The notes under the pieces: model-generated | The model's database searches: none | Told to the model about the DNA's origin: nothing | What the model saw: only the letters and a program-made list of their open reading frames with translations | Made by a program: the position numbers and the translations under genes | Shown: positions 27,177-40,078 of the stretch, in pieces | Layout of the letters: each line of letters begins with the position of its first letter | Position numbering within the stretch: position 1 is the stretch's first letter | Source: Paraspadella gotoi | Lineage: Eukaryota > Animalia > Chaetognatha | Assembly (NCBI GenBank): GCA_051294375.1 | Contig: CM119266.1 | Coordinates: forward strand, 15,213,623 to 15,277,500 | DNA: 63,878 bases | Direction of reading: 5' to 3'

Positions 27177-29181
27177 CTAGAGAACACCAAAAAATAATCC
27201 GCCAGATTTTTCCTCGCCGCCGCCGCCGCCGCCGCCGCTGCCGCTGATCGTCTTCATTCGTCTTTTTCCGTCTCGGAGTCGACGTCGTCGTGACGAATTC
27301 GTGCGCCCATCGCTATTAGACGCTGCCATAATTTAATTGTTAATTATTCGATTGCGTTGTTAAGATCAATGCAGAATAAATAAAGTATTAAATTGTCATT
27401 ATTTTTTTTTTTGCTACCTAATTCTGAGAAATTTACTGAAATTATTAATGCAAACCTCATTACGTTTTAACAATTTAAATATTTTTACATTACATTTACG
27501 TATTAATTTAAAAATGCATAACTATCTTCCACATATTATGCGACAAATGAAAAGAAGAAATTTGCTATCTAAAAATGCAATGGCGGCTTATTAGCGGGCG
27601 AAATCGCGGCTGCGAGTCCTTTTCTTCTCTCGGTTTGTAATCTATCTCTTTTTCCCTAAAAGAAAGTGAAAACCGAAGAGAAGGCGACGGCAAAAGGGAA
27701 AATGTAATGAATTTAAAAATGGTTTATCTGATTTCGAATTCCGAACCAACGACGACAACGACGACGACGAGGGGGCGGCGGGCGTGGCAGAGGCTGAGAC
27801 AAATCCTTTAGGATTTTTAATGAGTCCCACCTGGTTTCCAAGCAACAACGGAACTCCAGCTGCGACGGCAGTCTTCTTCCTTCTGCCGACTCCACTCCCC
27901 CCGCGTCTCCATCGCAACAACCTTCTGAGTTTTCGATACCCAACCTTGTTTTATTTTTTTTTATTTCCAGTGTGTGTTTTCCTTGTTTTTTTGTTTTTTC
28001 TAAAAGCGTTCTCACGCTTTTGTTTTCTAGTGAGTGGCTCCGAGTTCACGTGAATCACCGGTCACCCTCACGCAAGACGCCACACCGCGGCGTAATCGTG
28101 GTTGTAATCTTTTTTATCAATGTTTTTTCGTTCTTTGTCTTCTTCGTCTTTGTCGTCGTCGTCGTCGACCGAAAAAAAAACAAGAATCGACTTTCGTCGC
28201 TTTTCCTTCCCTTTTGTGACGCCGCACGGGAAAACCGGCGTCGCGAGCGGCGTTAAATAAACGGTGGCGGCGTCAGTTTTCGACGCCGCGGCGCTTCGTC
28301 GTATTTTTAGGNNNNNNNNNNNNNNNNNNNNNNNNNNNNNNNNNNNNNNNNNNNNNNNNNNNNNNNNNNNNNNNNNNNNNNNNNNNNNNNNNNNNNNNNN
28401 NNNNNNNNNNNNNNNNNNNNNNNNNNNNNNNNNNNNNNNNNNNNNNNNNNNNNNNNNNNNNNNNNNNNNNNNNNNNNNNNNNNNNNNNNNNNNNNNNNNN
28501 NNNNNNNNNNNNNNNNNNNNNNNNNNNNNNNNNNNNNNNNNNNNNNNNNNNNNNNNNNNNNNNNNNNNNNNNNNNNNNNNNNNNNNNNNNNNNNNNNNNN
28601 NNNNNNNNNNNNNNNNNNNNNNNNNNNNNNNNNNNNNNNNNNNNNNNNNNNNNNNNNNNNNNNNNNNNNNNNNNNNNNNNNNNNNNNNNNNNNNNNNNNN
28701 NNNNNNNNNNNNNNNNNNNNNNNNNNNNNNNNNNNNNNNNNNNNNNNNNNNNNNNNNNNNNNNNNNNNNNNNNNNNNNNNNNNNNNNNNNNNNNNNNNNN
28801 NNNNNNNNNNNNNNNNNNNNNNNNNNNNNNNNNNNNTAATATAACTGACAACCTTTTCTATGATATTTGTCTTTCATTAGTACTAATTTATCTATCTTCT
28901 TCTTATTTCTACAAAAACCCTTCAGAGACTCTCTCACGACAGAAACAAACCCTCCTCCTTCTCTTTCATCCCCTAAGGCTTCTTTCCTTTTTCTTTTCTC
29001 TCGAATTAAATGCGAAAAAAAGGGAAAAGAAGGGAAAAAGAGGAAAATACTTTACCACTACTTTTTTTTTTGTTCACGAGCGAGAAAAAAAGGGGAATTT
29101 TCGATTCTATTTGTTGATAGTCAATTTTTTGGTTTCTCCTCCTGAATTTCTCAAAAGTTCTTCAAAACTCTTTCTTTCTTT

Positions 29182-29250
<69 letters not shown>

Positions 29251-31325
29251 TCTCTCTCTCATCTTCTCTCTCTCTCATTTCCTCGAATGAATTCCTTTTC
29301 TTTTGGAAGTGATTGTCACCTTTCATGCCTTCGTTTCATGCTGAGACTGCGCGTCACGGAATATGGCGTTATAGTCATAGAATTGGCGCAACGTCACGCC
29401 GCGCTCCACGGAAATGAAGCGGCGCCCCGCTCCCGGGCGTCGCGCTTCTTCCCGTCACGCGTCACGGTCCGGGGAAGTTGATTTTTTTTTACGCGAAATG
29501 AAGTATAAATCATAATTTGTTTTTTTTTTTCACGACGACGACGACGACGACGACGACGAGATCGACAACAAAAATAACCACCTTTTCCAACCATCTTCGA
29601 CCACCTCCCTACAACCAAGACACCTCTAATTCCGCCCCTTCATCCTGGAAATGTTTAATTTCCAAGAAAATCCCTTCCCCCATCTCAACTGGAGCGACGC
29701 TGATGATAAAAGCGCCGGCGACCCGATAAAGGCATTCCCCCCTCCCTCTCCCATCGAAGCGATCGCGAGTGACCTTTCGCCCTCTTCCCCGTCGGGGCCG
29801 TCCTGTTTTTTTTTCTTTTCCCCTTAGCGGTGCCGGCGATGCGGGCCGGTGGGAACGTCCCCGGCCCCGTAAGGTGGGCGTGGCGGCGTCCGACACGCTC
29901 TGAATGTCATCGACGGGAGAATTTCTTCTTTTTTTTCGATCTCTTTTGCCTTCGGGGGGTTTTTTTGTTCGGAAGATTTAAAAAAAAAGAGATTTTCATT
30001 TTTGCCGATAGTTTTATGGATTTGGAGGATGTGATATAAGGCGCTTCTTTCACCTCCTCCTTTCCGCCCCCCTCTCACCCCCCCCTTCACGAAACAGTTT
30101 TGTTTTTTGGATTCTAATGATCTTTTCACGCGCCCGCTGCCCAAAAACTTTTCTCGCGTCGCACGCCGTTTTCGCTGTCTCAAACCGGAACTCGCGCACG
30201 CGAAGATGCCACGCTCGCCGGCGTCGGGGCGTCTTTGGGCGTCGAGTAGGGAGAAGGGGGGAAGAGAAGGGGGGAAGCTGGGAACGTGGGTAGGGGTTTG
30301 GTTTAAAGGATTCATTATTTGGGAGCCGGTCACAGTATGAAAAATTTTATTAATGTAATTTAACATTTCAATTACGCCCGCTTTTTAAAATGTTGCATGG
30401 TTTTTGGTCTTGACTCATTCTTTATTTTTTTTGGACTGGGTAAGTTTTTTATTTTTATTTTTTTTAAGAGTTGATGGAAATAAAGTTGGAGAAAGATTTT
30501 TGTTCCGCTTCGGAGACTCAACAGACTATTTCAATATAAAAGAAGGAAAGAAATAAATGTGAGAATGAAAGTATAGAGTTAAAGAATAGGGAAGGCTGAG
30601 AGAGGGAATTCCGAAGAGGAGGATGAGGAGGAGAAAGAGTAGGAGAAGGAAAAAAAGAGAAAGAAATGCAGTAATACAGTAATACAGTAATACAGCGATC
30701 AAGTAGAACCCGGATTGTTATCTGAAAGCTTCCGTGAATCCCATCCCTTAAAAAAAATTGCGAATGAAGCCGTCAGATAAGAATTATAGAAAGAAAAGAA
30801 AATGAAAAAAAAGAAAAGGGAAGAGGAAAGAGAAGAAAAAAGAGCGAAAGGAAAAAAGAACGTCATGAAATATTGATTTGCTTCAAAACACGACGAGGGA
30901 GAACGTTTTAAAGCTCAATTGAAAGAAAATAGGGATCGGGGATGACGACGATGGTAAGAAGAAGGAAGTGGATGACAACGACGACGACGACGACGACGAC
31001 GATGAGGGCGACTACTACTACATCGTGGTGTCCTCTCTTGGAGAAAAGGAGCCTCGGTTCAAAGCGTATTGGTTAACTTTTACAGATTTTATTTTAAGAT
31101 TAAGAAATGTATGGACAAATGAACAACCCGATCCCTCTCTTTTGATTGATTTCCATCGCGCCGAATTCTATCGTCTTCTTAGTATAAATTCCGCCGCAAG
31201 ATGGCGACGACCGTCGGTCCTCGCTCGCGCTCGTCTCTCATTTCCGGTGACGCTGACGTCTTCGTTCGCGAATCGACGCCACCCACTTAAACCCGACCCA
31301 CCCCTGCCCACCTACCCACCCTCAC

Positions 31326-31928
31326 CCTCGTAGCGGACCGGAAAAAGGCGTCGTCTCCGCGGCGACGTTCTCTCGCGTGACCTCTAGGCGACCCCCGGAT
31401 GACTGGGCTTGCATTTTAGAGAGGCAGCGAGGGGGGCGGGGCGACGCCAGATAAGGCGCGCAATTTGGAGCGAATAACAACCGATTCTGGCGGAAAAGAC
31501 GAAAGATGGAGGACGCTGAGAGAGAGAAAGTGGCGGATTGGCGAGAGAGGGTGTGTAATGGAGGTAAGACCGTCTACCGCGTTGGAAGATAAAACTTGAA
31601 GTAGCTTCGGAGTGTTAGACGGAGTATTAAAGGCGTTTGTCGCTGGAGTGTTCAGTAGGTGTAAAAGTTGTGTGTGATAATAATTTCGATCTCTCGCGCT
31701 TCGTCCACTTCCCGTTTTGTAAGCGACTGGACGCGGTGGCGCGGAAGCGTTCGGAAGCGACGACGGAATTGGCCGCGATTCCCGTGTCTTTGTTCTAAGC
31801 GTTTCTCGACTTAACCCCCGGTCGCCAACCACTTTCCCCTTATTCCCCCACTGCCCCCCCTTCTTTCAGTTCCACCTTTTGCCCCCCCGTCGCTCGGAAG
31901 GCGCGTGGAAATTCCCAAAGCGACATCT
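31326..31928 (-). CDS. Candidate 603 nt exon, copy 2; contains the 138-aa ORF ...RDRNYYHTQLLHLLNTPATNAFNTPSNTPKLL...; product unknown
   Basis: Acceptor gtgtttttccag| and donor GAGG|gtgagg. ORF 31416-31832 is free of microsatellite and N. Small indel corrections using copy 1 extend the frame to both splice sites. Confidence 0.45.
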
Positions 31929-32011
31929 CTGGAAAAACACATTCGGCATTCCCTCCATTACTTTGTTTACTCTTAATTCCGCGCGCCGATGGAGGAAGGA
32001 GAAGGAAGGGG

Positions 32012-32080
<69 letters not shown>

Positions 32081-33757
32081 TTCCGATTCGCCGCCTAAAT
32101 CTTCGTCATCAGGACGTCCATTTAGCGCCATTACCGTCGGCGGCGAAGAGAAACTGGTTGTAGACTTTGCACGCTGCGTGTACGACTTTTTACGCGCTAG
32201 NNNNNNNNNNGGCGATCACCGTAGCGCGAGTTATTTCGTACCGTGCGCGTCGTTGAGCTGATAACTGGAGGGCTAGTATATGAAGCTNNNNNNNNNNAAC
32301 TTGGTCCGACGCATATCTTGGAATCTTTTATAGTAATATTTACATTAGCCGTAATTGTTATTTACTTTTCTCTAGTTAACCGAGTTTCTTTCGACGTCAG
32401 ACTGTGGATTCTCAAAAAGGCGTCGACTTGATGTCGTTTGATTGGGTTCACCTTTTTCGATCATCGCCGGTTGCAAAGACGACGACGACGACGAAAACGA
32501 CGACGACCCAGAGAACGACGCCGAAGACGACGATGTTGATGATGATTACTTTCGAATTTCAAAATATTTTGGTGCTTAAGTTTTGCCCTCAGATTGAATG
32601 AAAAGATATCCGCGTGCTGCAGACGCCCAGGGAGATGAGGTGAGGGAGAGAAGGTGAGGATAGTGGCAGGAAGGGTGAGGAAGGAGGCGATCGAGTTTGG
32701 CTTGTAAGGATGAAAACCCCGTCGTCGCCGTCGTCGTCGTTGTCGTCTTCATCATCGTCCTCGTCGCTTTCTTAATGTGCTGAAGCGTTAAAAACTCCGG
32801 TTCAACTTATCCTCTTTTACGCCGTCACAACTAAACGCGCGCGGGTCAAAATTCCTCAAAGAGCCTCCGCCGACGGCCTGGGACAACGATAACAACAACA
32901 ACAACAACAACAACAAGTGTTACGACCCTCGAAAACGAAGAAAAAGAAGAAAAAAGTATCGTATTAACCAAAGAAAGAAAAAAAAAAGAAAGAATAATAT
33001 CGTTGGGCCTCGTCCATTCTACTAAAGGCTCTCGTCTCTTTCTCCCCATTCGGTCGCTCGAGTTTCTCGTTAAAAAAATCCCCGTTTTTTTTTTCCTGCG
33101 TATTTTTTTTTTCTTGCGTATTTAGCCCCAAACGCGGGACAAAGACGAGTTTCTTCGAATCGCGCGCGCGAAAGGGAGATTTTTAAACCGTCCGCCGCGA
33201 CAACAACAACGACGATAACGACAATAACAACTTTGCCCATTCATCGACGGAGCTTGGAGAGGCCACCCTTGAAATCCGGGGCCGGGGGCTTCGAGGAGAG
33301 AGGAGAAGAGAAGAGAAGAGAAGAGAAGAGAGGAGAGAAGAGAGAGGGGAGGAGAGAGAGAAGAGAAGAGGGAGAGAGAGAGAGAGAGAGTAGCAGAGAG
33401 AGAGAGAGAGAGAGACAACGGAGCTTGAATTAATGTTCCAATTTTGCAATTCAAAATTTTTTTTCTTTCTCCGTTTCTTAAACTGCGGCAATGGAAGGCG
33501 ACCATTATACGAAAGCATATTTTTCTTTTATTATTCCTTTTTCTCCTTTTCTCCATTTTTTCGGACCAGAAATCCGGGGACGTTTGGGTTTTTTTTTTTT
33601 AATACTCGGAGAATAAAAGGGAGGAAAGGCGATTTTGTAAGAAGGGAACAACAACAAAGACGACGACGACGATAACAACGACAAGAAACGGTGAACCGAC
33701 GTGGTTTTGAATAAAGAGAGAGAAGAGAGAGAGAGAGAGAGGAGACGAGAGAGAGAT

Positions 33758-33789
<32 letters not shown>

Positions 33790-34095
33790 AGAGAAATTGA
33801 AATGCAAGCGGGATGATAGCTTAAGTTAGTTCTACGAATTACTTTTAAAGTATTTGAAATATTAACTTTACCTTTCACTTAACGAGACGAAGAAACAATA
33901 CAAAGATGAAACGCTATTCTTTATATTTTCTACAAACGCCAGATTCTGTCCAATCCATCGGCGCGGTCATTGCACTTGCTCACTAAAATTCCAGGCGAAG
34001 CGAAACTTTTAGAACGCTATCACATCCGGGCTTCGTCGCTTCATCCGTGTGCATTCTACGCACGCTTATTGGCTGATTTCTATCCCCACACTTAC

Positions 34096-34328
34096 TCCAT
34101 TAACTTCCCTCCACGCACTCTCCCCTCCTTCGCCCTCGCTCGTGGCCGCGCTTGTTTACCAATGTTTATTTCTCTTCGCCGAAATTTTTTTCATGAATTT
34201 CTCTTTCCTTTCTCGCCTCAATTCTCGTACCTCACCCTCGCCGCGTCCGCCTTACCCAAACCCTACCCGACTCTCGTTCCTTTCTTCGGTCGAACGTCGG
34301 CGCGTCACAACATAAAAGTCATCGGTCA
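34096..34328 (-). CDS. Candidate exon, copy 2; frame unresolved
   Basis: Acceptor ggttctctag| and donor GGA|gtaagt; non-repetitive sequence. Confidence 0.25.
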
Positions 34329-34859
34329 CTAGAGAACCACAAAAAATAATCCGCCAGATTTTTCCTCGCCGCCGCCGCCGCCGCCGCCGCTGCCGCTGTC
34401 GTCTTCATCGTCTATTTTCGTCTCGGTCGACGTCGTCGTGACGAATTCGTGCGCCATCGCTATAAGACGCTGCCATATTAATTGTTTATTCGATGTGGTG
34501 TAAGATCAATGCAGAATAAATAAAGTATAAATTGTCATTTTTTTTGCTACCTAATTCTGAGAAATTTACTGAAATTATTAATGCAACCTCGATTACGTTT
34601 AACAATTTAAATTTCTTACATTACATTTACGTATTAATTAAAATGATAACTATACTTCCACATATTATGCGACAAATGAAAAGAAATGCTATCTAAAAAT
34701 GCAATGGCGGCTTATAAGCGGCGAAATCGCGGCTGCGAGTCTTTTCTTCTCTCGGGTTTGTCTCCCCCCCCTTTTTTTTTCTTCAATTGTATTTCCTTTC
34801 TCTCTTTTCTAAGTCTCGCCCATGAAAGAAACGCCATTATGAAAAATATCGAAGAAAAC

Positions 34860-35030
34860 TGAGCCGCTCCTGCTCTCAGGAAGGCGCCCCTTCCCCGTTC
34901 ATGATGGCGCCCCACCCCCTTTTCAAGATAGCGCCATATCCCCTTCAGCACCCTATTTGAGATGGTGCCCTCTATCTTGCAATGAAGGCGCCCCCTTTTA
35001 TCCAATGAAGCTACGTGGCGTAGGACCACT
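34860..35030. repeat. Degenerate dispersed GAWGGCGCCC motif array; possible non-autonomous element remnant
   Basis: gaaggcgcccc ~34880, gatggcgcccc ~34903, gatagcgcca ~34927, gatggtgccc ~34961, gaaggcgcccc ~34984. Confidence 0.4.
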
Positions 35031-35738
35031 AAGATAAAAATCCCTATTTCAAATCGTGACAGTGAGTAAAAGAACGAGTAGAATAAACCAATGCAATTAG
35101 ACTACACTTTCGTATTTTAAGAATTTTCGTAGTATATATTTAAACAATTTCACTGGAAATGCGAATCAGTATTCATAAGAATTAACAGTATCTGAGTTGT
35201 TTCTAACAAATAATGTTAATGAAATGAATTTATTAATTTGCCCCTCTTTCCTTCTCTCGTCTTCGGGATCCGATTCTCATGAATATATTTTCCTTCATAC
35301 GCGAGTCTCATTTGAAGCTCGATTCTGTGTTGGCCGTGCGCTGGCACCAATCCCTTTGTCGACCACCACACCGAATCACCCTCCCCCACCCAAACCACCC
35401 TCCCCATCTTCACTTCGCTTCTTCCAGGAAATTGCCAAGTTTTAGAGAGAAAGCGAAATTTCTTATATTGGTAGCGCAAGCGCGAGAGATAGAGAAGAAA
35501 AAGGAAACCTCTCTTTCTCTCTCCCTCCGTCTCTCTCTCTCAACCTCCCTTCACTGTCTCTGTCTCTCTCTCTCCTCCATCTCGGTCTCTTTCTTCCGCT
35601 CCCTCCCGAACCAGCCGACTTTTTATAATGGTCCGGTTTTATTAGCGGCGAAATTGGATGGCTAGCGTGGCGTACACCATACTTTCTGTGATATTGAATT
35701 TTTATGCTCGAGAAATGAAGGAAAGGACCGAGAGCGAT

Positions 35739-35866
<128 letters not shown>

Positions 35867-36753
35867 GTGAAAGAAAATTTATGAGTTGGGGACGAATTTG
35901 GCTGAAAGAAGGAGCAATGAAGGAAGGAGCAGAGAATTTGGGGCGTGAAGGGGGAGTGAATGAAAACGGGAAAGTAAGAAGGGAGGAAAACGAAGAGGAG
36001 GAAGAGGATGAGCAAGAGTGTGAATAAACATTAAAGAAAAGGAAAATTAAAGTGATTGGAGAAGAGCGAATATCAGAGTTGTGAAATATAGAGAAATAAA
36101 GGGATAGAACCAAAACGAGTGGGGAAATCACTGGAAGTAACAAGTAGTAAAAAAATATTAGTATCTCGAATCTCGAGGGACAAAAAACGAGCGGCGTGGA
36201 AGAGTGGACGCGGATACAAGAGGTAGTAAAAGAAAGAGAAGGAAAAAAAAAGAAAATATAAGGAAAGAATAGAAAGAAAAAATGAGGAGAAAAGGGAGTC
36301 GCGAATGGGTGGGGCGACATCCAAACTCATCGGGAAACGCGGACAGTAAAACTCGAGCATGAAAGAAAATTCGAGCTCCGAATAAAAGAGAAAGGAGATT
36401 GAAGGAGGGGATAAAAGGAAAGGGACAGGGATANNNNNNNNNNGGGCGAAGCGTGAAAGGAGGGGAAGCGAAGGGGAGAGGAAACAATGGAAACGTCTTG
36501 CCCCGCGGGGGTCATAAATAGTACTAGCGTAAAGGTCAAACTTTAGGAGAAAAGAAAGTGTTTTAAAGTTCACCTGATTGATTGCGCTATGCGCTGCGGC
36601 GAGAGTCCCAATCAGTAATCGCCTGGAAGCGGCTCATTTACTGGACAAATACAGACACAGCGTTCGTGACGTCTCCGCATGAAAGTATGACGGACGAGTA
36701 TAACGAGAGAAGACTGAGATATGGAAGAAGGAGGAAGCAGAGAGAAAGAGAGA

Positions 36754-36794
<41 letters not shown>

Positions 36795-37109
36795 TGCTAC
36801 TTTGAGAGCGAGAGTTTTCCAATTTGTCAAAAAATAAATTTTGGCGATTTAAAAAAAATATATTTCTCTCTCCATCTTCTCTCCTTTTCTTTTCAGCGAA
36901 AAAAAAAGTTTATAAGGAAAATTAATTTCCCGGGGCTCGATTTGATATTTTTCACAGAAAACCGCTGAAAAAAGTCTTTCGACGGCGAAGCAGCGGAAAT
37001 CCCTCCAGCTCTGCAGAAGGCGAATGTACAGCGCCGAAATATATACGAATTCGAGGAACCAAATATTTTATAAAGGACCAAAAAAAAAAAAAAAAAATAA
37101 GGGGAATAT

Positions 37110-37273
37110 AGGGTTTAATTTTTTCCGCTGCCTGGTCCTCGCTGCGCCGACTCCGAGGACGCCGCGCCGACGCTGCAGTTCCTGCCGTCGCCGCCGCCGC
37201 GACGTCCTTCGGCGCGGTCTCCGCCGCGGCTGGCGCGGGCGCCGCGGCTAATCCTGCGTATTCGTTACGGGTT
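37110..37273 (-). CDS. Candidate Ala-rich coding segment TRNEYAGLAAAPAPAAAETAPKDVAAAATAGTAASARRPRSRRSEDQ; 3' boundary unclear
   Basis: Very GC-rich island after a (CT) tract and ctgac...cag| acceptor on the minus strand. The plus strand is also open, so the strand is uncertain. Confidence 0.25.
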
Positions 37274-38449
37274 CTGACCGGCCGGTCAGAGAGAGGGAGA
37301 GAGAGAAGGAGAGAAAGGGGCCGGCCGGTCTCTCTCCCCCTCTCACCGCTCTCCCTTTCCATTTATATTTTGGATTTTCCGATATGTATTTAGCACATGC
37401 TTTGCATACCCGGTCCCATTGGCCATGGGGGGCTTTTCCCACTCGCCTTTTCTCGCCTGTCCCCCCCCCCGCCTCGCCCCCGTCCCCCCATCGCTCTCCC
37501 TTCTGGCGAATTCATTCTATTTTCTTTCCTTTTATTGGTTATGATATCGTTAGAATGATGGACTCTATATTTTTCCTCGACCCAAAAAAAAAAGGCGCCG
37601 TCGCGAATATTTTAAAGAATTTTTACGATTTTCATTCTCACTTTGGACGCGAGAGGGAAAGGCTAAGTTTGTTTACTTTCCTCGGTTTTGTTTGTTGGTC
37701 CAAAATGTAAAATAAAATGTAGAAACAGAGAAACTGAGAAACTCCTTTTGAGCAATCGAAATCGATTATTAAAGTTAATGTCCATGATTGAAGCTAGAGG
37801 CTAAGTACTGAATCAGAGCCACTGTTTAGTTAATAATCTTAAAGTTAATATTAACCAAAAACTCGGCAACCGAAAACGAGGCTCGTTCCGTCCGAGAACC
37901 AACCCCCGCGGAAACTTATTAGTATTGCGCGCGAAGAATTTCACGGTTAGCGAGGAAACGTTGCTCGCCAAAAATATGAATAATATACGAAACTGGTTAT
38001 TACTCGGCGATGGCGGGTTTTCGAGGGAGGCGTTGCCCATACTTGGCAGGCAAGCCGCCGCCGCCGCCGCTGCCTCGCCAAAGATTTAATCAAGATGATG
38101 GGCGACGGAGCAGCGGGTCGGGGGGTAAGTCACGCGTGCGACCAAACCGCCAAACTCGTTTAATCAAATTATTAAAAATGGCGGCTGAGATGAGAGGAAC
38201 TGAAAATGGCAGGTCGGATTATTTTTTGGCTCACTTTTTTCTTTTTTACAGAATCTTTCCATTTATATTTTTTTTTTTTGGTTTTTATTAAGTTTATTTC
38301 GGTTTTAATTAAATAAATTTTGATAGAAACGTTTATTTTTTTCTCTACTTTCATCTAATAAAACAACCGAAATTTTCCGTGTTGACGTTTTAATGCGTAG
38401 AATTTTGAAAAAGCCAATCTGCTCAGTCTTTTCTCTAAGACTTTTGATT

Positions 38450-38780
38450 TCTTTTTCTTATTCTCTTTTTTCTTTCTTTCTTTTTCTTCCTTCCCACTTT
38501 CCTTCCTTTCTCCTTTCTTTCCTTTCTTTCTTCTTTCTTTCCTTTCTTTCTCCTTTACCTACTTCCTTTCTTCCTTCCTCCCTTCCTCATTTCCTTTCTT
38601 CCTTTTCTTCTTCTTTCTTTCCTTATTTCTGTCTTCCTTGCTTCCTCCCTAATTTTTTTCTTGTTTTCTCCCTTCCAACTTCCCAAAGGTTGTTCCGTCG
38701 TCCCTCGTGATTCTTCTCTTCTTTTCCTCCCTCTTCCTTCCCTTTCCTCCCTCTTCCTCCCCTTTACTCCCCTCTGTCTA
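38450..38780. repeat. Polypyrimidine low-complexity tract (similar tract at 40240-40456)
   Basis: Nearly pure C/T with cttt/cctt units. Confidence 0.9.
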
Positions 38781-39267
38781 CAAATAGAAGACAACGACGG
38801 AGTTTCTCGATTTCGTCATCATAACATTCGACGACGTGTCACAACCGATGAGGCTCTGCAGATTTCGTCGCCTCGTTTCTCCTTCGCGCTCATCCTCATC
38901 CCTCCTTTCCTACGATCTCCCCAGAGTATCGCCATCTTTTGCCATCATTTACCAGCTCGTGCCATCTCTTTTGACACGGCGTCACCCTTTGCGTCAACCG
39001 CGTGCGACGTCGCCCAGATTCTCTAACCGGGGGGGTGGGGGGAAGAGAGGGAGATATGTAGAGAGAAAGAGAGTCGTTGACAAACGGAGAAAAGAAAAGC
39101 GGAGGAACCGGGTCGGCCATTCCATAACCGTTGACAACGACTTTGGCTTGTGTATTCATTTCTTACGCTTCAAACTTTTGCGAAACGAGATCCCTGAAAA
39201 ATAGGGAAAAAAAAGTACTTGAATCTTCGTAAACCTGAAAGAAAACATATTGCACCCAAAACAAGAC

Positions 39268-39305
<38 letters not shown>

Positions 39306-39321
39306 CTTCTCTCATCTCCTC

Positions 39322-39375
<54 letters not shown>

Positions 39376-39978
39376 CTCTCTCCTCTCTCTCTCTCTCTTA
39401 CAAGAAGTTTTTTCCTCTTTTCTGGCATATATTTTTTTTTCGGTGCCATTTTCGTCCAAATTGAAGGAAAACGTTTCTTAGCATCTTCGTCGTCGTCGTC
39501 ATCATCATTGCGTCTCGCTTCAGAGAACACAAAATGTTTCCTTCGAGAAGCGGACGCCGCCTTTCCGGCCGCGCCCCCCGGTTTTTTCGCTCGGCGGCGC
39601 CGATAGACGTAACGCTTTTCCGCAAGGCCGTACTGTTACGCGGGTCGACGTTGCTCGGTTCCGCCGGCCCCGCGCCGAATTATTTTACCCTGGAAGTCGT
39701 TTAGCCTCCTAAAAATGCAGAGGAGACTAATTTCAAAAATTTCTCCCCCCCCCCTCTCTCTCTCTCTCTTCGTCTTGTTCGCCATCAAATTCGCCCTTGA
39801 AATTCGCCTCGAATTCGAGATGACCTTCAAATCCTTTTAAACACCCCTTTAGTTTGTTAGTTTTCGTGTTAAAGAGGAGACGAGGGAAGAATAGAAGATT
39901 GTAGCACCTTAGTTGCACCTGCCTGCACGCCATCTCTCTCTCGTCTCCTCTCTCTCTCTCTCTCTCTCTCTTCTCTCA

Positions 39979-40014
<36 letters not shown>

Positions 40015-40019
40015 CATCT

Positions 40020-40078
<59 letters not shown>

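Larger units (their letters stand above)
20640..27638. repeat. ~7 kb tandem direct duplication, copy 1 (gap-free)
   Basis: ccctaaaagaaa(a)agtgaaaaccgaagag at ~20654 and ~27654. Ends gctgcgagtc(c)ttttcttctctcgg(g)tttgt at ~27638 and ~34761. Colinear throughout. Confidence 0.96.
27640..34760. repeat. ~7 kb tandem direct duplication, copy 2 (N gaps 28312-28836, 32201-32210, 32288-32297)
   Basis: Colinear with 20640-27638; differences are mostly 1-nt indels and microsatellite length. Confidence 0.96.

Noticed and set aside
20640-34760. LTR retrotransposon or tandem TE
   Set aside because: No TG..CA termini, primer-binding site, gag/pol or transposase motifs; the content is intron-like.
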